A stretch of 64,000 nucleotides of DNA from Eledone cirrhosa (lineage: Eukaryota): assembly GCA_964016885.1 (NCBI GenBank), contig OZ024741.1, positions 140,120,001-140,184,000 of the forward strand. Reading direction: 5' to 3'. Under the pieces are notes generated by a model. It searched no databases. It was not told where the DNA came from and saw only the letters and a list, made by a program, of their open reading frames with translations. Made by a program: the position numbers and the translations under genes. The first letter of the stretch is position 1, and every line of letters begins with the position of its first letter. Shown here in pieces: positions 10,768-25,914 of the stretch.

Positions 10768-13700
10768 TACATATAAGGGCGCTATAATGCTGGTTGGACA
10801 GTTAAATATGACTTTCATCTCATTCGTTTAGTAAAAAAAAAAAATAGTATTTCAGGCTGAGCTGGGGGAAGGTGTCTTTGTCGTTTATACACTATTCTCG
10901 GTAAATAGATCTACACAGTATCGCATACAGCAATTTTAGTCAAATTATGTGAATGTAGATCCATACTAAATTATGCTAGCCATTCGGTTATATGTTACTA
11001 TATAACAAAATCAGATCTCATGATGGTTTTTCTAGTCATATTACGGCAGTGATTTCGAACGAAACCTTATATAGCTGGATGTTTTTGAGGTCATTCTCAG
11101 CAAATGATGTTCGTAGCTATAAATCCATAACAGCGTTGCGTAAATGCATTTTACTAAGGTGAACTTGTAGAAATATGTGCTCAAATACATTACCCGGTAG
11201 CATTTGATTCATGGTTTTATCTTTTCATTTTTATACGTTCAAATTTCAGCACCATCGGTAAATTGTAAATATCCCCACTCTTATTCGTTTCTATCGGAGT
11301 TGAAATTCTATCTCCGTTCATCAAGGGCTGAAACCAGTAGATAGTATATCCAAATTACGATCGACAGTTTTCATCATTCCTTTTCATATTCACTAAGTTC
11401 GTTTTAGGTTTTGATCAAATAGCCTCAATATTTGCAGGTGTAAAATGCACCCACTCAACAGAATAACGTATCGTATAGAAATATCGCACATTTCAGAAAA
11501 GGACATTATTCTACACAAAACACAATCCAACCAGCTGTGGAGCATCCCCCTTTTCCCTCATTAATTCCATTTAAACCCTAGGCAGGAGAAATAAACTATT
11601 GCTCAATAATATAGCCTTACTAAACTTTTGCCTGACAATATTTGCAGTGACTTACTTGCGTTCCTGGCAAGAGCATTTTCACCGTAAGACTAAACCTAAC
11701 TGGGGTTAAAATAATGTATTTCAAAGTATCTTTTTCACTTCTAATATAATATTCCTAGATTTAGGTAGGATGATAGCGCCGACCAGCAAATTGAAAACAT
11801 TTATTTTACATTCCAAATAAAATTGTGATTTCACATCAGAACAGTGAATATAAAAGCTTTTTTCATCTTAGCTTTTGAAAATGTTTTAATTCTATCGTCG
11901 AAAATGAATTATAGTCGAACCTTTTCGAGGTTTTATTGAAATGTTATATGTGAAACGTGGAACATTTTCCATTATTGATTTTTATTTTTTTTATTTTATT
12001 TTTTTTTTTTTTTTCTAAAATCAAACAGTAATGGCTATTTTATGGAAGATGGCGCAATATACTTCCATCCCTTTTGACGATCCATTACAATCAATTAAAT
12101 GGCATGGTCGTCAAATTAACGTATACTCTTTAATTCTCGCGAAGATTCAACCAAACACTGTGAGTGACAAATCTGACTCGTTGAGTTACAGTCCATCTAA
12201 TGACCTTCCGATGTGTTCCTGTGTATTCCATTTCTTTCTCAAGCATTGAGTCAACCCAAGGATATATGAAAGGGCGTTTGCACAAGATGTCACGTAGTGG
12301 TAAGCCGAAAACCTATGATTGGGATGGCAAATTTTGGTCAACTGGATATGTTCTGGCCATATTTGTATGTATGAAATTCAAATAGCCGCTAGTTTCAGAT
12401 AATTGTGTAGCTATATTTACTATATTCATCAAGAATGTATAACAATAATATACCATGCCATAGAAACTGGGCGTACCGACATAGAGCGTATCTTGTGAAT
12501 TTAAATCTAGCGAGGCCCGATCCTCTCACGGTCTGATAATAGCAGATTTCTGCGAGAAAGAGGGAAAACTGAACCCAATACTTGACAGGTACATGATCTA
12601 TGGATCTCGAAATGATGAAAGGTAGAGTTTACCTCGGTAGCAAAAATATATTAGTAAATTTTAGAAAAAATATTTTTTTAAATTCTAGTAATCCTGCTTG
12701 AATATGTTTGAATATTTTTTCATAAAGATAGATCAAAATAATTAGATTGATAGATTTCTGTGTTCGTAGATAAAACTATTTGAAAAATCAATAAAGTTCT
12801 TGCTTTTTAAATCAGGGAGAAACTAAAGTTACGTATCAACATTTAGTGGCTTAGATCAAACGCAATATTTTTTTTCTGCGCTAAATTGTTCACCGGCTTA
12901 CCAGACCATGAAAGTCTAAACAGACATTATAGGAATTACGAGAAATGTTTTTGATAGTTATACTGAAAACACACCTGGATCAAAAAAGCTCTTCTGGATG
13001 CCGTCCATTTTTAAGTACGTTCGTCAAAAGAACGACCATTGATTCACCAGTAATTATTTACCGACGGGTTCTACTTTTTTCCCATTATAATGCAACCCTA
13101 GTTAAAGGCATATTTCTACTTTTATGAATATTGATATTGTGTTTAATTTGAGCTTCAGCACTTAATCACTCCATATTTAGCCGAAACTATTTCAACTGTC
13201 TTCTTCAGTACAACGTACTTCAGGAAATTGAATAATTATATCTACCACATATACTGTATTTAAGAATAATTTATACGAATTTAAACCGGAGGACGTAGAT
13301 AAGTAGATAGAATTATTTGAAACAAATTATAAAAATACATAAAATAATTTTTATTGAATTTCATAAGAGCTTCAGTATTTAATGTATCCAGATTTCCAGA
13401 CAGCTGGTTCGACAAACCATCTCCTCTTTACTGTAATGTTTTCCAGAGAATTTAGTAGATATATCAACTAATTATACTATTTTTGACAAAAGTTTGAGAA
13501 GAAAAGCTTTGTAGAGGTAGATCAAATTATTTGAAAAAAATAATGGTAATATTAGACAAACACACTTGAATAAAATTGGTAAAAGTAGATAATCATATTT
13601 CAAAAGATTCATTGATTCCTTTGTTCGTAGATAAAAATATTTGCAAAAAAAAATCGATAAACTCATTGGTTCTTTTCAAATCAGACAGATAAAACTGTTA

Positions 13701-15589
13701 TATACGGATTTTTAAAGTAATTTTTAAAAAAATATATATATTCCACTGTTAATTTTTTCATGAAATTTTTAAACAGTCACTAGAGAAATTTTATCCAAGC
13801 TATGGTTAATATATATTCTGTTTATCTTCAATATGCGTGTGCGCGCAAAGTTTTGTTCGACCATGTCTGTGTGCGCATGTATGCACAGTATGTATTCCGA
13901 AAATGTGCCTCACGCACACAAACAAGCACAGACACATAAGCGTATTTCTCTGATTTTCACCTTTCCGACTAAAATCTTCAAAGTTTCATCATCTTACAGT
14001 ATATATACCAAGGGAAACTATTTGTCTTATGGTTAGGATATCAGTTGTTTAGTTTCTGTTCAATATTTTTCACTTCCGTCTTCTTGGTGGAAACATTCAA
14101 ATTTAACATATTTTATAACTTTATACCAAAGGTTAGTTTACCTTCACCTGTGGTTCATAAACTCTACAGTTTGGATATGAATCTGTTTGCCAAGTATTGT
14201 AGGAACATAGACTTTCGTCATGCGTTCCTCTATGCTCACATTTGCATCCGATTTCTTTCGGTATTGAGAAACAAATTACCAGTCAATTAGTATGGTTTGT
14301 TTTTCGCTAACTTAATAGACTCTACGCTGAAAAAAGAGAGCTTTTAATGTGTTACTACTCACAATAGAACTTCACCCCGAACAGCTGTGGTGCCCTGGAC
14401 GGTTGGTATGGGAAAGGTAGGTGGATGCATAACGTTGTTGACTGTAGTGCAGGCATTCCTGAAGATGGGTGCAGTGATAAGTATGATGAGGATGAAGGAG
14501 ATGATATTGGTGGTGGATATGATGGCGACAATGGAATTTAGAAGGATAATCCTAGCAGAAACTGAATGAGGTGGAGGCTAGCAGGATCGACTCAGTAACC
14601 AAGTGTTCCTGAAAGGAATTGTGTAATTTCAGGTTCATACAATACATGATTACTATCGTCTACGTGCTCATATTGATCGGAGGCTACGCCTCCCCCAAAA
14701 TGACCTGAACGTAGATATTATACGTGGTGTAGTTACGATACTTTATAATTTATTAGTTTCTAAGATACTGGAGGGATAAACATTTCTAGATGTATGCTAA
14801 AGTAGGAAATGTTTACAATTATATTCTGAAATGTGTGCCTTAGGACAGGACTTTAGAAAAATGTATAATGGTGGGTATTTTGCTTTAAAATTCTATGATT
14901 GAAATATCTACAGATGTATGGTTATCTCTGAATGTATAATATAAATTTTGGTAGGAATTAATCCTAAACATTAACTATGATACTGTAATTCTCGAAAATA
15001 GTAATACTTCGGATATATGACGCGCAGACCCAAAAGGACTCAATCGTTATGAGAATAGAAATACCTATCAACTTATAATTTTCATAGATACATAAACGAT
15101 GGCAGACATCCTAGTTGAAGATTAAATATTTTCTTCATTTTCGTTTGGAAATCGTATACAATATGATGCAGCCGTCATTCCAGCTCTCTGCGTTCTAATT
15201 TGAAATAAGGCTGGTCAACTTCTATAGATCAAGGTCGATGTTTAAAGTACCAGTTAAATACTGCAGTCCATTCTTCCTGTACATCACTTTCTCACTCAAT
15301 TATTTCAATCACTTCCACTTTCTCTGTTTCTCTAGAAGATATCCACAGGAGAGAGGATGGTCAACACGGCAGCCATTTAACTCCAAAAAGAGAGTCCGGT
15401 ACATATATATACATACATGATTATCTCTTCGGATTTATTCGGATCATGTTATCCGTCTCGATTCAAAACTGTATATTCATTGGTAGTTAAATAGAGAAAT
15501 ACTCCATGTCAGTAAAGAGGTGTCTAAAGTGAGTCAGAAGCCTGGAGGCACATTAGGCAGGTCATTATCCCTCCTTCTGTGGCGTTAAG

Positions 15590-15760
15590 TGACTGAGACT
15601 AAAAGACTCCCCATTACCAGGTGCCCAGTCCGTAGCAGGGTTAAGCCCCAGCTACTGCTTCTATTCATTTTCAACTGAGTATACTGAATAAACGTAAAAT
15701 GAAGTGTTTTGCTCAAAAACTCAACACACAACCCAGTCCAGAAAACTAAACCACGGCGTT
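15590..15760 (-). mobile_element. Second SINE family, degenerate (same family as 40650-40980)
   Basis: AACTGAGTATACTG..AAATGAAGTGTTTTGCTCAA..AACAC is the reverse complement of the CCTTGAGCAA..ATTTCA core. Confidence 0.55.
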
Positions 15761-16002
15761 ATGTTCGTAATTCCATCACACTTACCACTATACCACGTAC
15801 CTCCATAGTACAGAGGTGGACTATGAAGAATGTTATTAAACAAACGATCACCCTCTGTCCTTACGTTGGTGACCTTATGAGTATATATATAACAAATGTT
15901 TTTTTTTTTTTCTGAGTTCGATGAAGATAAATTTTTAGAGGTCTGACAATATATATGAATGTGGTATTGACCATATGAATATACATACATACATACATAC
16001 AA

Positions 16003-16037
<35 letters not shown>

Positions 16038-16215
16038 GACGAGGATACAGTATCAACTGTACTGTCGCTTGCACACATTAGACACTCAATGTGACATGTA
16101 TTACAGGGTGGCCCAAAAGTCACACAGGGGTCGCATGGCCGCCATTTGAAGGATGTAATTTTTCGTAAATAATGTAGAGATGTGACAAGGATTGACGAGT
16201 GCAAACTAATTTCCA

Positions 16216-16386
16216 GGATTGGCAGTATCAGCAGAAGGCCGGACGCCATGCTTTGCAACATAGAGTTATACCCCTTTATGGTGTGAGTTCAAATCCCGCC
16301 GAGGTTCACTTTGCCTTTCATCCTTACGGGGTCGATAAAATAAAGTACCAGTAATGTACTGGAGTAATTGCTAGCCTTGAGCCAAT
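16216..16386 (+). mobile_element. tRNA-derived SINE (main family)
   Basis: TTGGCAGTATC A-box-like, GTTCAAATCC B-box and the conserved core. Confidence 0.9.
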
Positions 16387-17003
16387 ATATATATATATAA
16401 AAGCAAGTATTGCACCAAGAAAAACAAAATGTCGGCGTGAAGAGATTATGAATTTATTTGCTTTGACATATGTTCCTGTGTCTAATATAAATTGTCTACA
16501 TGTGCTGACTACGATATATATATTGTTCAATCACATGCAATACTTAATTGTTTATTACACATTATCAGAAAGTCTATAGTAGTGGAAATCAACTATCACT
16601 ACGAGGTAGAATTCAGTAATAAGATGTTCGTTATAAAAAATGTAAATAATTTTAAAACAGAATGAAATACAGTCAGTTAGTGTGATAGTAGAGTGGAGAG
16701 AGAGTGGGGGTAAAAGGTTTCACATCATCAGTCCGTGTGCTGTGGAACAATTATTCTTTGACCATTGTTGTAGGTCAAGGTTTTGATGTTTACCATATAT
16801 GGCGGTAGAGAAGGTATAACGAGAGGGAGTTATAAAGATAAAGTAGGGATTAAGTGTAGGCTAGAGTTGGTAAGGAGGAAAGAAAATGGGATTATTTTGA
16901 ATATTAATGAATCCATTGGGTGTGAAAGGTTCAAATGTCACGGGAAATGTACCAATTAGGATATAGTAAAATCTATGTATTACTGATCTAATATTATTCT
17001 AGT

Positions 17004-19487
17004 CTAGTTTGTATTTAGCGAAGAATTTAGAAACCTGTGTTTGCAATTAGTTATCCTATCGTGCCGGGAATTTAGAAGGTCCTTTCCGGTCGCTATTTCA
17101 ATTACCCCCACCAAACATAGTTCACTATGTTTCCGGTATGGACAGGCGAATTTTAGCACGGACCATTGTAGTGTCTATTCAATATTAGCGCGTTTCCCAG
17201 ATTTCTTTCTCCCGGGTCGTAGATCTAGCTAAACTGGGTTTGTTAAATATGTGCGTGTGTACATACCGTCTCTTCTTGAAAATATTCGAAGTGGAACCCA
17301 CATATTTACATATTCCCAGTTTAAATTTTACCACTCATCGGTAAATGATGTTTTTGTACAAGCATTTACCCGAGAGAGGACAGTTGCTGGGATTTCTGCA
17401 GATGCAGTTTGTCCGTGTATAGTGAGTAGTTTCTTCCCTGGTTCCAGTGTTGGGGGTGTTATTCCGGGTATTTTGTTGTTGATCCGGATATACACGTAAA
17501 GTGGAAGATATGTTTGCGGGTGCATGTCTGCTCAGTGCTGGAGGCTGCGGATGTTGCTGAGGATTCATATTATGTCCGGGTTTCTGTTGGCTGTTGGCAT
17601 TGCCATACCTGCGGAGGCGTTTGTTATTCAATTTCATGATGAAATTGCGCAGGTTAGCTCTGGTGGAATAGAATAATCGGATCGTGTCCCTATTTAGTAT
17701 TGTATGGAATTTATGTGTCGGAGGAAAGTGTTCGTCTATAAGTTGAAGAAGATATAGGATAGCATAGTAGTTACAAGATCGTTGTGCGGGGGATTATACC
17801 ATAGGCATGATTTTGTGTGGAACCTCCTTAGTATTTTCTTATTAGAAGCCTCATTATTTGTCTCGCCACTTTGGGGATTTGAGCCGTTGGTATTTAAATT
17901 TGTAAATTTTGTGTGGTATGCTTGTGATGTTTTCCTATTAGGGTGGTTGTTTCTTCCCCTGCGTGGTGTATCTGGAAGAAATTTTAGTGGTTCATCATAA
18001 CCGGTCCTAAGTAGAGCAGCGCTGTAGTAGTTCGAGTGTGTGTTGAAAGAGGATTCAGAGACAGACAATCTAGAGATCCTAAGGAATACATTTTTAACAA
18101 TAGAGCTAGTGATAGGCCTAGGATGGTTAGAACCACGATTAACATAGTTTAAGTTATCATTAGATTTATGGAAGTGTAAAGGACGAGTGTTAAGTCACAT
18201 CTAAAACGTTGATGCGTTATGGTCAAACGATATTTTAAGGCCCATGCTTTGAAAGAAGGATCTAATAGCTTTCCTTCTTCTTTCCAATTGTTGACCATTG
18301 AAGTTTTTAACGAGTAGGAGAGCATCATCTTTACATATTCCTCCTTCGAGGTCAGGGAAGTATAGATGTAACATGTGCAAGAGATATGTTCCTACAAGGT
18401 CTGTAACTTGGGCCGAGTCACTTAAACCCATAGTTATATCGAAGTCATGTTATCCATACTTACGTGTCCAGTACTCATTGTCAAACATTAACATTCTGAG
18501 TTCAAATCCCGCCGAGGTTAACTTTGCCTTTCATTCTTACGCGGTGTCGATAAAATAAAATACCAGTAATGCACTGGGTAATTGCTGGCCTTGTGCCAAA
18601 AGTAGAAACAATTATGATCTAACGTCTCAAAATTAACATTTTATCGACTTCATTTTTAGATTATTTGAAATTGTGCATCGCAAATATAAGGGCCTTATTC
18701 TGAAGGACTTGAGGAATAGAATAATAATAGGCATCTATGTCAAATTGAATGAAATTATAAGGGGATTTATCATCTAAATTAGTGAACCAGGTGATTGCGT
18801 CTTCGGTATTCCCTAGACAGTCTGTTTTGTTTTTGTTGTTTTTTTAATGTTTTATTAGTACTCTATCTAGAATATGCTTACTTATGCGACCTATGTCAGA
18901 TTTAGAGGGGCACATTAGTCTAATAAAGGGGTTAGATTCAAAGTTTTCCTTGTGGTCGTACAAGTTAAAACTTGAAAGTCGGGGTACAAATGGTTCTGCT
19001 CTAGCTCAGCTACGCTTAAGCAATTGACTATCTTAAGGCCTTCCCTATTAATGTTATCAATAGTAGACTTATCCGTTTTCTATATTTTTATTCAGTTCCA
19101 TAGCTATCCATGTCTAGTGACTATATATTGCCTGTTTTACCAGCGCGGATGAGTATTCCTTCCGTTTTTGCTAGTTCATCCATAGTCACATTTAGGCTCC
19201 GTTGGAATTTGTTGTGGTATCGATGTGTTTTTAACTTGATATTAGTGACCATATCGAACAGACTGGTCTCAGAAGTCTCCAGAAATATGTTGCTAGGAGG
19301 GTATATGAAATAAAGCCGTAATTATCTTGATCACTGTTTTTCGAATTAATATTCGGGCTGTTCATTTTTTTTTCGAAGTAGAATACCGTCCACCGTACCC
19401 GACGGATGAATCGATTAGTTATAAGCATTAGATCTTATTGTAAGGATATGGTATATGTTTTAGAGAAATGCCAAGGTTGTTTTCCAT
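17004..19487 (-). pseudogene. Penelope-like element (Naiad-type) RT + GIY-YIG ORF, degenerate
   Basis: MENNLGISLKHIPYP, RFIRRVRW, MGLSDSAQVTDLVG, GGICKDDAL (YRDD-type site), WYNPP, CICRNPSNCPLSGKCLYKNIIY, LLNSRHDRITNCKH. Many stops; SINE inserted at 18492-18614. Confidence 0.88.
18492..18614 (+). mobile_element. 5'-truncated SINE inserted in the PLE RT
   Basis: GTTCAAATCCCGCCGAGG..CCTTGTGCCAAAAGTAGAAACAA. Confidence 0.88.
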
Positions 19488-19708
19488 GGTGTGTTGGTAA
19501 GTAGCAGGTTTGGCTCAACCGTAGTGAGCAGGAAATGTGAAGGTTCAGATATTAAGATTACTTCTGAATGAAACGAAATTGAATCAACTCACATATGCCT
19601 TAATAAAACACTCTAGTGACAGAACGAGACCGCCAGGAACTGGTTTCTAAAAAACTGACAGATGTTAACGACAGCAACAGTTGACTGATAAAATTACAAG
19701 TCAGTCAA

Positions 19709-20260
19709 TCATATTGGTGGCCTGCCCACAGCCCCAGTGGAGGGAATGGAGAAGGCGTTTCCCCAGAGGACGGCAAGGGAGACGCCCTGAAAAAGCCATT
19801 CTAACTCGCGAGGCTCAAAACTACGGCTGGCCAGCTCAGCGCCTATTGTGGTGAGTATGGAGGTAGCCATAGGATCGAGGAAACCAGAAATTTCTACTGT
19901 CAAGGGTACAACCGAAGACCTGTCGGAGAGCGACCGGTATTTAGAGAGTTTGGCCTCCTCGGCCCGACGTGTAGCAGAACCTGGGTTAGTCACAGACTGC
20001 ACCAGGCTGCGGCTGGAGAAAGTGTCGGTGCAAGTGGCATGCTAGACGAGGGGTTTGCCACCGCGCAACGGGAAGATGGCCATACCATCTAGCCTTTAGC
20101 CGTCCCCTCAGTCCAGCTCCACCAGCTCGAGCTGGGGAGGAAAGCCTGCAGCCTCCAAGCCATGCTTTATTACCTTGTTGAGGGCAGCATGGCGTTGAAG
20201 GCGGCCGGCACTGTGGCAACAGGAAAGCGGGTGGAAGCCGCACGAAATCAGGCAAGGCGG
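19709..20260 (-). mobile_element. CRE-clade non-LTR retrotransposon 3' fragment (zinc-knuckle region + restriction-like endonuclease)
   Basis: Across frames: [77 protein letters not shown]. Confidence 0.8.
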
Positions 20261-20328
20261 TATGGTTTTATTTATGTATATCCGGAATGAATGTTTAAAT
20301 AAGAGAGCTGTGTGTGGGGGGGGGGGGC

Positions 20329-20359
<31 letters not shown>

Positions 20360-21149
20360 CTATCATATGTTGATGCCCCAAGGACATGGCAGCGATAATG
20401 AGGGACAGAGACCGCTGGAGAAAACTCGTCCATGGATCTCGGGAATGTTACCCACCCTAGATGTAGATATATATACTATCAGTTTATGACAATCAGGTGT
20501 TTTCTCATAACACATATATATTAGAGAAAGAGAAGGAAAGAGAGAAGGAACAAAGAAAAGAAAATACGAGAAAAAAAAGGGACAGGAAAACAACAGTTTT
20601 TTTCATCTTTTTGGAACATCCACGCTTATTTTTGTGCTTTCCTATATTCTATAGTTGGATTCAATTTACAAAATGAATAAATTGTCAGCAAAAATTGCAA
20701 CCTATTATTTTTAATCTTAGTAGAGTAGTGAAATATTATATTCTATGCCAGCATCTTCAATAAATCATGTGTATATATTTTTTTTCTTTTAGAGAAATGA
20801 AATTATTTCTGTCTCAGCAGCCTTTAAATTATTCAAATGTCCTGAAATTGAACGCCTCTAATATTTTTAAATTGAAATATTTATTTTTATACAACGATTC
20901 CATTTAATATGTTCCCAATTAATTAGTGCCTGCAGCTGTTCAGATATAGAATTTAAATCAGTAAAATATATTTGCGAATTAGCTATATATATTTATATCT
21001 ATATGTATGAGAGAGAATGAGTGAAGCAGGGAGAGATTGGGAGTTACCTGTTCAGTATTGTAAAACAATTATTTACCATAGTACATGACACATTTCTAAC
21101 GGTAAGATATCGCACTCAATAGGAATCACATGATTAGACCGGTTCTCTC

Positions 21150-22650
21150 TTGCATACAGTTGATTTGACGACTGCATCGATGCCATCTTACGCAGCCGAG
21201 AACAGCTTAAATAATGTCTCTCTTTCCTCCGCTCCTTTAACTCCACACTTGACTTCGCCACCTCCATCACCATCTCCGTTCACTTCCTTGACATGTCTGG
21301 GTCCCTCAACCCCTCCAATCTCTACCTCATCACCTCTCCCTTTGTATACCAAAAACCTCCGACTCCTAACTCGATTTCACCTCATCCCACCCCACCAACA
21401 CTAAAAATTCCATGCTCTACTCACATTTTCTCCACCTCCGTCACCTATGCTCCCGAACCCAGGACTTTGAGGCTCAGGCCCATTAATTGGCTGGGCATGT
21501 CACTCGGCGAGGTTAACTCCGTGTCTGGTCCATACCGCTCTCCCCTGCGCACTTGACGTCGACAGCAACACAACCCTCACCCACGCCCCCGGCACCCCCA
21601 TTTACCTACCTAACCTACCACTCCTCCATCTGGTTCTCTAGCACTTCCGCCGCCTTTTGTCGGACCCCTCCACCTCCACATTTTTCCCACTCTCACCCAT
21701 CCTCTCTTTCCGCAACCACCGAGACATTCTCGTCCGTAGTTACCTTCCTCCCACCAACTCCTCACCCGGATCCCACCCCTGCTCAAGACCCCGCTGCCAC
21801 ATTTGCAATTAAATCACCAACACCACCACCTTCCATAGGCCCAAAGGCCAATCTTTCTAGTCCTTCCGGTGCACCTTCTCTAGCTTTGTATACAGACTCC
21901 ACTGTATATTATGTGGAGCTGTCTTATTCAGAAAGAGTGGGCGTCGATTGGCGGACCGGTTCACCAAACACCTCCGGGATATCCGGATCGGCAGCTACTC
22001 ACCGGTCGTCCAACACTCTCCGCTCCGCCAAACAGCCCACTCCTCCGCAACGTCACCGTCTGCGGCTTTGTTGCATGCTCCGGGTTGCGGAAAAACGCAT
22101 GAGACATGAAGAGCATAATATTTTTTTCCCCAGATCTGGACCGGAAATATTCTAAATTCCCCACCACTTCTTCTTTACACACACACACCACACACGCTCC
22201 ACGTCTCTATCACCTGCCCACACACACACCTACACAACCTAAACCAGCTACCTCCATACCATACTCCCTCTTTTCCCCCACCACGCCACCAACCACCAAC
22301 TAACCAACTAAAGGAGTCCATACCACTAATATTACTAACCTACTTCAAATCCACACTCCACCACTATACCACCCATAAGGACATACCCGACACCAGCAAC
22401 TACATACAACCTACACTACCACCACTTCCAACCCGACATTACCATACACAAACAAACATACACACTCACATACATAGAACAATAGAAAAAGTCACACACA
22501 CGCGTTCCACCTCTCCAACAACAGTTTACCTGTTACAGCCATATGGCCCTCTTTAACCCCATCAACTACACGAATTAACTAACGGACCTACCACACTCTA
22601 CTAACACCATTCCGGACCTCACCGGTCATCTACCTTCGTTCCTTATCACC
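21150..22650 (+). mobile_element. Penelope-like element (Neptune/Poseidon-like), degenerate RT C-terminus + GIY-YIG + 3' region; not evident in the ORF track
   Basis: Frames give FDDCI..SREQL..F..VHFLD, YSHFLHLRHLCS..DF..RRG, RDILVRS, PCSRPRCHIC, FRCTFSSFVYRLHCILCG..GRRLADRFTKHLRDI..PVVQH. Confidence 0.8.
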
Positions 22651-25279
22651 AAATATTTCACGAAAGCGATGCTCCTCAATATGAATATTTATGATTTGAT
22701 AAATCTTTCCCTGTGAATCAGCTGCACGTTGAAAAAAAGCATTATAAAATTCAATATACTTGTTCTTATATTTATATCTATTTAATAGGTTTTACTAGCC
22801 GTTTGATATGTTGTAAAGTGATATAAAAATTTCATTGTACCTTAGGAATGTGTTGTAAAATTTTCCTTTTACGTATGTGAAATATAAGAAGCTGCATTAG
22901 AAATTGTGTTACTAGATTAACAGCAAAAGTTGAATTTCTTAATTTTATTTTATCGATACATACTTGTAGATTTTACCCGAACATTTATAGTAGCTTTGTC
23001 ACATCATTTTATGCAAATCCAATTATAAATTCCCTGTTTATGATTCTTAGTAAGTAAAAAAATGTTATTATATTAGATGTAGATGACTGAATATATATTT
23101 TTAAAAATAAATATATACCAGCTTCTTTTTAAATTAAACAGCGAAATGTGATTTCCAAAACTTCCCAGCTAGATTATCTCAATTTACTATATTTGAGCCA
23201 AAGATATCTTATTCATATATACGATAAACTGCAGGGAATCAAACGTGTGACACTACGACCGTGAGTTGACATTATGAATGGCATTCGGCTTTACTCGGTT
23301 ACTAACAACTGATGTGTAATACCTTTCCAAGTTTTGAAGATGATTTCTAAAGTATGAGTCATTAGGATTTCGCTGACGCAAATGATTTCGCTCAGTGTAT
23401 ATCCGTTAATTGATGTCTCCTTATTGAACATACGATTCCTACACGATGTAGGTAATAGCTTTTAGAAACATTATCGATATTCATATCGGAGTTTCCAATA
23501 ATAATGTTTAGTAACGATTACCCAATACAACGCCTTACGTAGCATTATGGATATTCACAGAGCAGGGGTAGGGTGTGAAGTGAAGACAGCAAGATAATAT
23601 TTTGTAGCGGCTTTTAAGCTAAACGCTGTAGGTTTAACATTGATTGCTTTTTCTGCACGTATTTAGGTATGGGAATGAGTAGGGCTCGTGGCTATATCAA
23701 TAGATACAAGCTATGTTTGCTTTATTGAATTTTCCTATGTGCATTCACTTATTCAGTTACAATACGATTCAGACGTAGTTCGGCCAAAATTGTTTCTATC
23801 GATAAATCCGTAGAAAATTTGGAAGAATAAAGTAGATTATCACGGACACAATTTCCAAGTAAATGTGATGTCAAGTAGATTTTATCTCACCATTATCACG
23901 TTCTGATCTCACTTGCTTGATTAGTTCCCTGCTATTAGGACAGTTAAACGAAATGGATTAGACATTCGTTAAATTCTCTTTTATACTCATAAGTGATGCG
24001 ATTTCTGTAGATTGTTACTTGTTTGTCTAGGTGTTTATTTAAAATCAACAGAGCTTCATAAAAGAGGTTTACATTTTTAGGATATGGAATTGGTTGTAGC
24101 AAGGTGGTAAATTCACAGACATTAGGGCGTTGGATTAAGAAAACCTCGGTATTTCCTTCGGCTCTCTGTGATATGTGTTCAAATCCCTCCGATGACTATT
24201 TTGCCTTTCATCCTTTAAGAGTGTGATTGGCTTGAGGGATATTGTGTTTCATATTCTTACTTAGTATGTGCAACCATATTCTGGTTCCTTCATTGGCCAG
24301 TACATTACTGTGTGGTTGAAATCTTGTTTAATAAACACGTTAGGACAATAGATCAGGTGACAGAGAATCGGTCCATGTAAAGCAGAAATAGGTAGATTAT
24401 GTCTGGAGTGTGGTAGAGTATCGGGCAATATAAAACGGTTCAATAGCTGCTGGATAGCCACGCAAGATAGAAGCGACCCTAGTGATTGGTGGACTATCAA
24501 CCAACATAAATATGGTCACTTGTGCTAAATTACCAGGTAAAATAGTTCCAGTTAAAAGTTGTTAAAATACCGTACACATTTGCAGTGAGTCTATAGATTT
24601 ACAGTACAAATTATTATTTTTTTTTAGACTACAATACAATATAGTTCGGTTTATTAGTATCTTCCAATAATGTATTGTAGGCAGCGAATCGGATACAATG
24701 ATTTTATGGTATTCCTTCCTGCGCACTGAGTTCAAATCCCGCCGAGTTGAACATATATAATACTGAGAACATGCAAAAATAATCCAGCGCTTAAATCAGT
24801 TTAAGTCGTTTATATTGCCACATAAGATACTCATATCACTACATGAGATGAAGGTTTGATGTGTGTCATAAATATTTATCAATTTCCTATATTGTGTTTG
24901 TTTAAGGTTAATCTCTCCAAATAATATTTAGTATACATTTATTTATAGGAAGGAGCGCTATTTCGTAGGAATCTATGATTATAGCCATCCGTACTGTAAA
25001 TAGATATTACAAGAAAGTTTATATTTTTAAAAATACACGCATTAACGTTTTATTACTACAACATTAAATTTGTTCAGCGTCTTTATTACATAATCTAAAG
25101 ATAATTCAATGAAAGATGCTTGTTTATTTCTAAAGAAAGTATTGTGTAAGATTATATTACAAAAACATATTATATAAGTTGATATAATAAAAACATGAAG
25201 GCACGAAACCATAGATTTTTGAAATATATCATCTCCAATAGTTATTAATAGCTTGTGTGTTTAGTACTTAGTAAACGAA

Positions 25280-25490
25280 GGGCGGTGATTTTTCAGTATC
25301 GGTAGAGCATCGAACTACATGCTGCATATAGTTACGATCTCAGATCATATCCTGCGGATGTTAGCATCGCCTTTTTATCTTTACTGAGATGATAAAATAA
25401 AGCACTAGTATCGCACAGAGATCGATTTAATCGACTTTCCTCTTTCCCCATCAAATTGCTGGCCTTGTACCAAATGTAGATACAATTATA
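25280..25490 (+). mobile_element. Degenerate SINE (main family)
   Basis: GGGCGGTGA..CAGTATCGGTAGAG head and GCTGGCCTTGT tail. Confidence 0.7.
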
Positions 25491-25914
25491 TTTAAAATTA
25501 AGGGAACGAGATATAAGCAATATTTTCATTTGATATAAGCATATATTAATTTGATGAAAGCCAATATATTCATTCAGCGAACCGAATAATAAAACAAAAT
25601 AACAAGGTGATCAAAGGTTACTCTTCAAAGTCACACAATTCGTTAATGACTGTATACTCCAGAAACGTCCACTGCTTCACTGAAATATTCGTCATATTAA
25701 TGAATATCTATTCAGAAATGTATCTACGCCTATATTGTCAAAAATGCTAAAACGTATTATTAGATCGATGCAACTACTGCTAAATTGTGTAGTCAGCAAT
25801 TACACATTGAAATTTCAATCTTGTATGCCGTGAAGGAAAGTGGAACTGATGTGTTGGATTTGATTTTTGCCTGAGAAGAAATACTTGTTCCAACTAAAAT
25901 CGTGTATTGGAGCG

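Noticed and set aside
11277-11327. HHR-like motif on the minus strand (TTGATGA-ACGGAG..CTCCG..GAAAC)
   Set aside because: Core mutated and stems I/III weak; at most a fossil.
12029-12385. Possible small exon (acceptor after a T-run, GTGAGT donor at 12160)
   Set aside because: No recognisable protein motif or supporting neighbouring exons.
14380-14570. D/G-rich reading frame
   Set aside because: Short, contains stops, no identifiable family.
16104-16170. TA-CAGGGTGGCCC mariner-like TIR
   Set aside because: No partner TIR found.
16716-16734. CTGATGA-TGT-GAAAC 3' of the PLE (minus strand)
   Set aside because: No stem II or stem I; possibly a deleted HHR but not supportable.
20362-20437. Degenerate HHR-like pattern (TTGATGC..GAAAAC-TC-GTC)
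   Set aside because: Multiple core mismatches.
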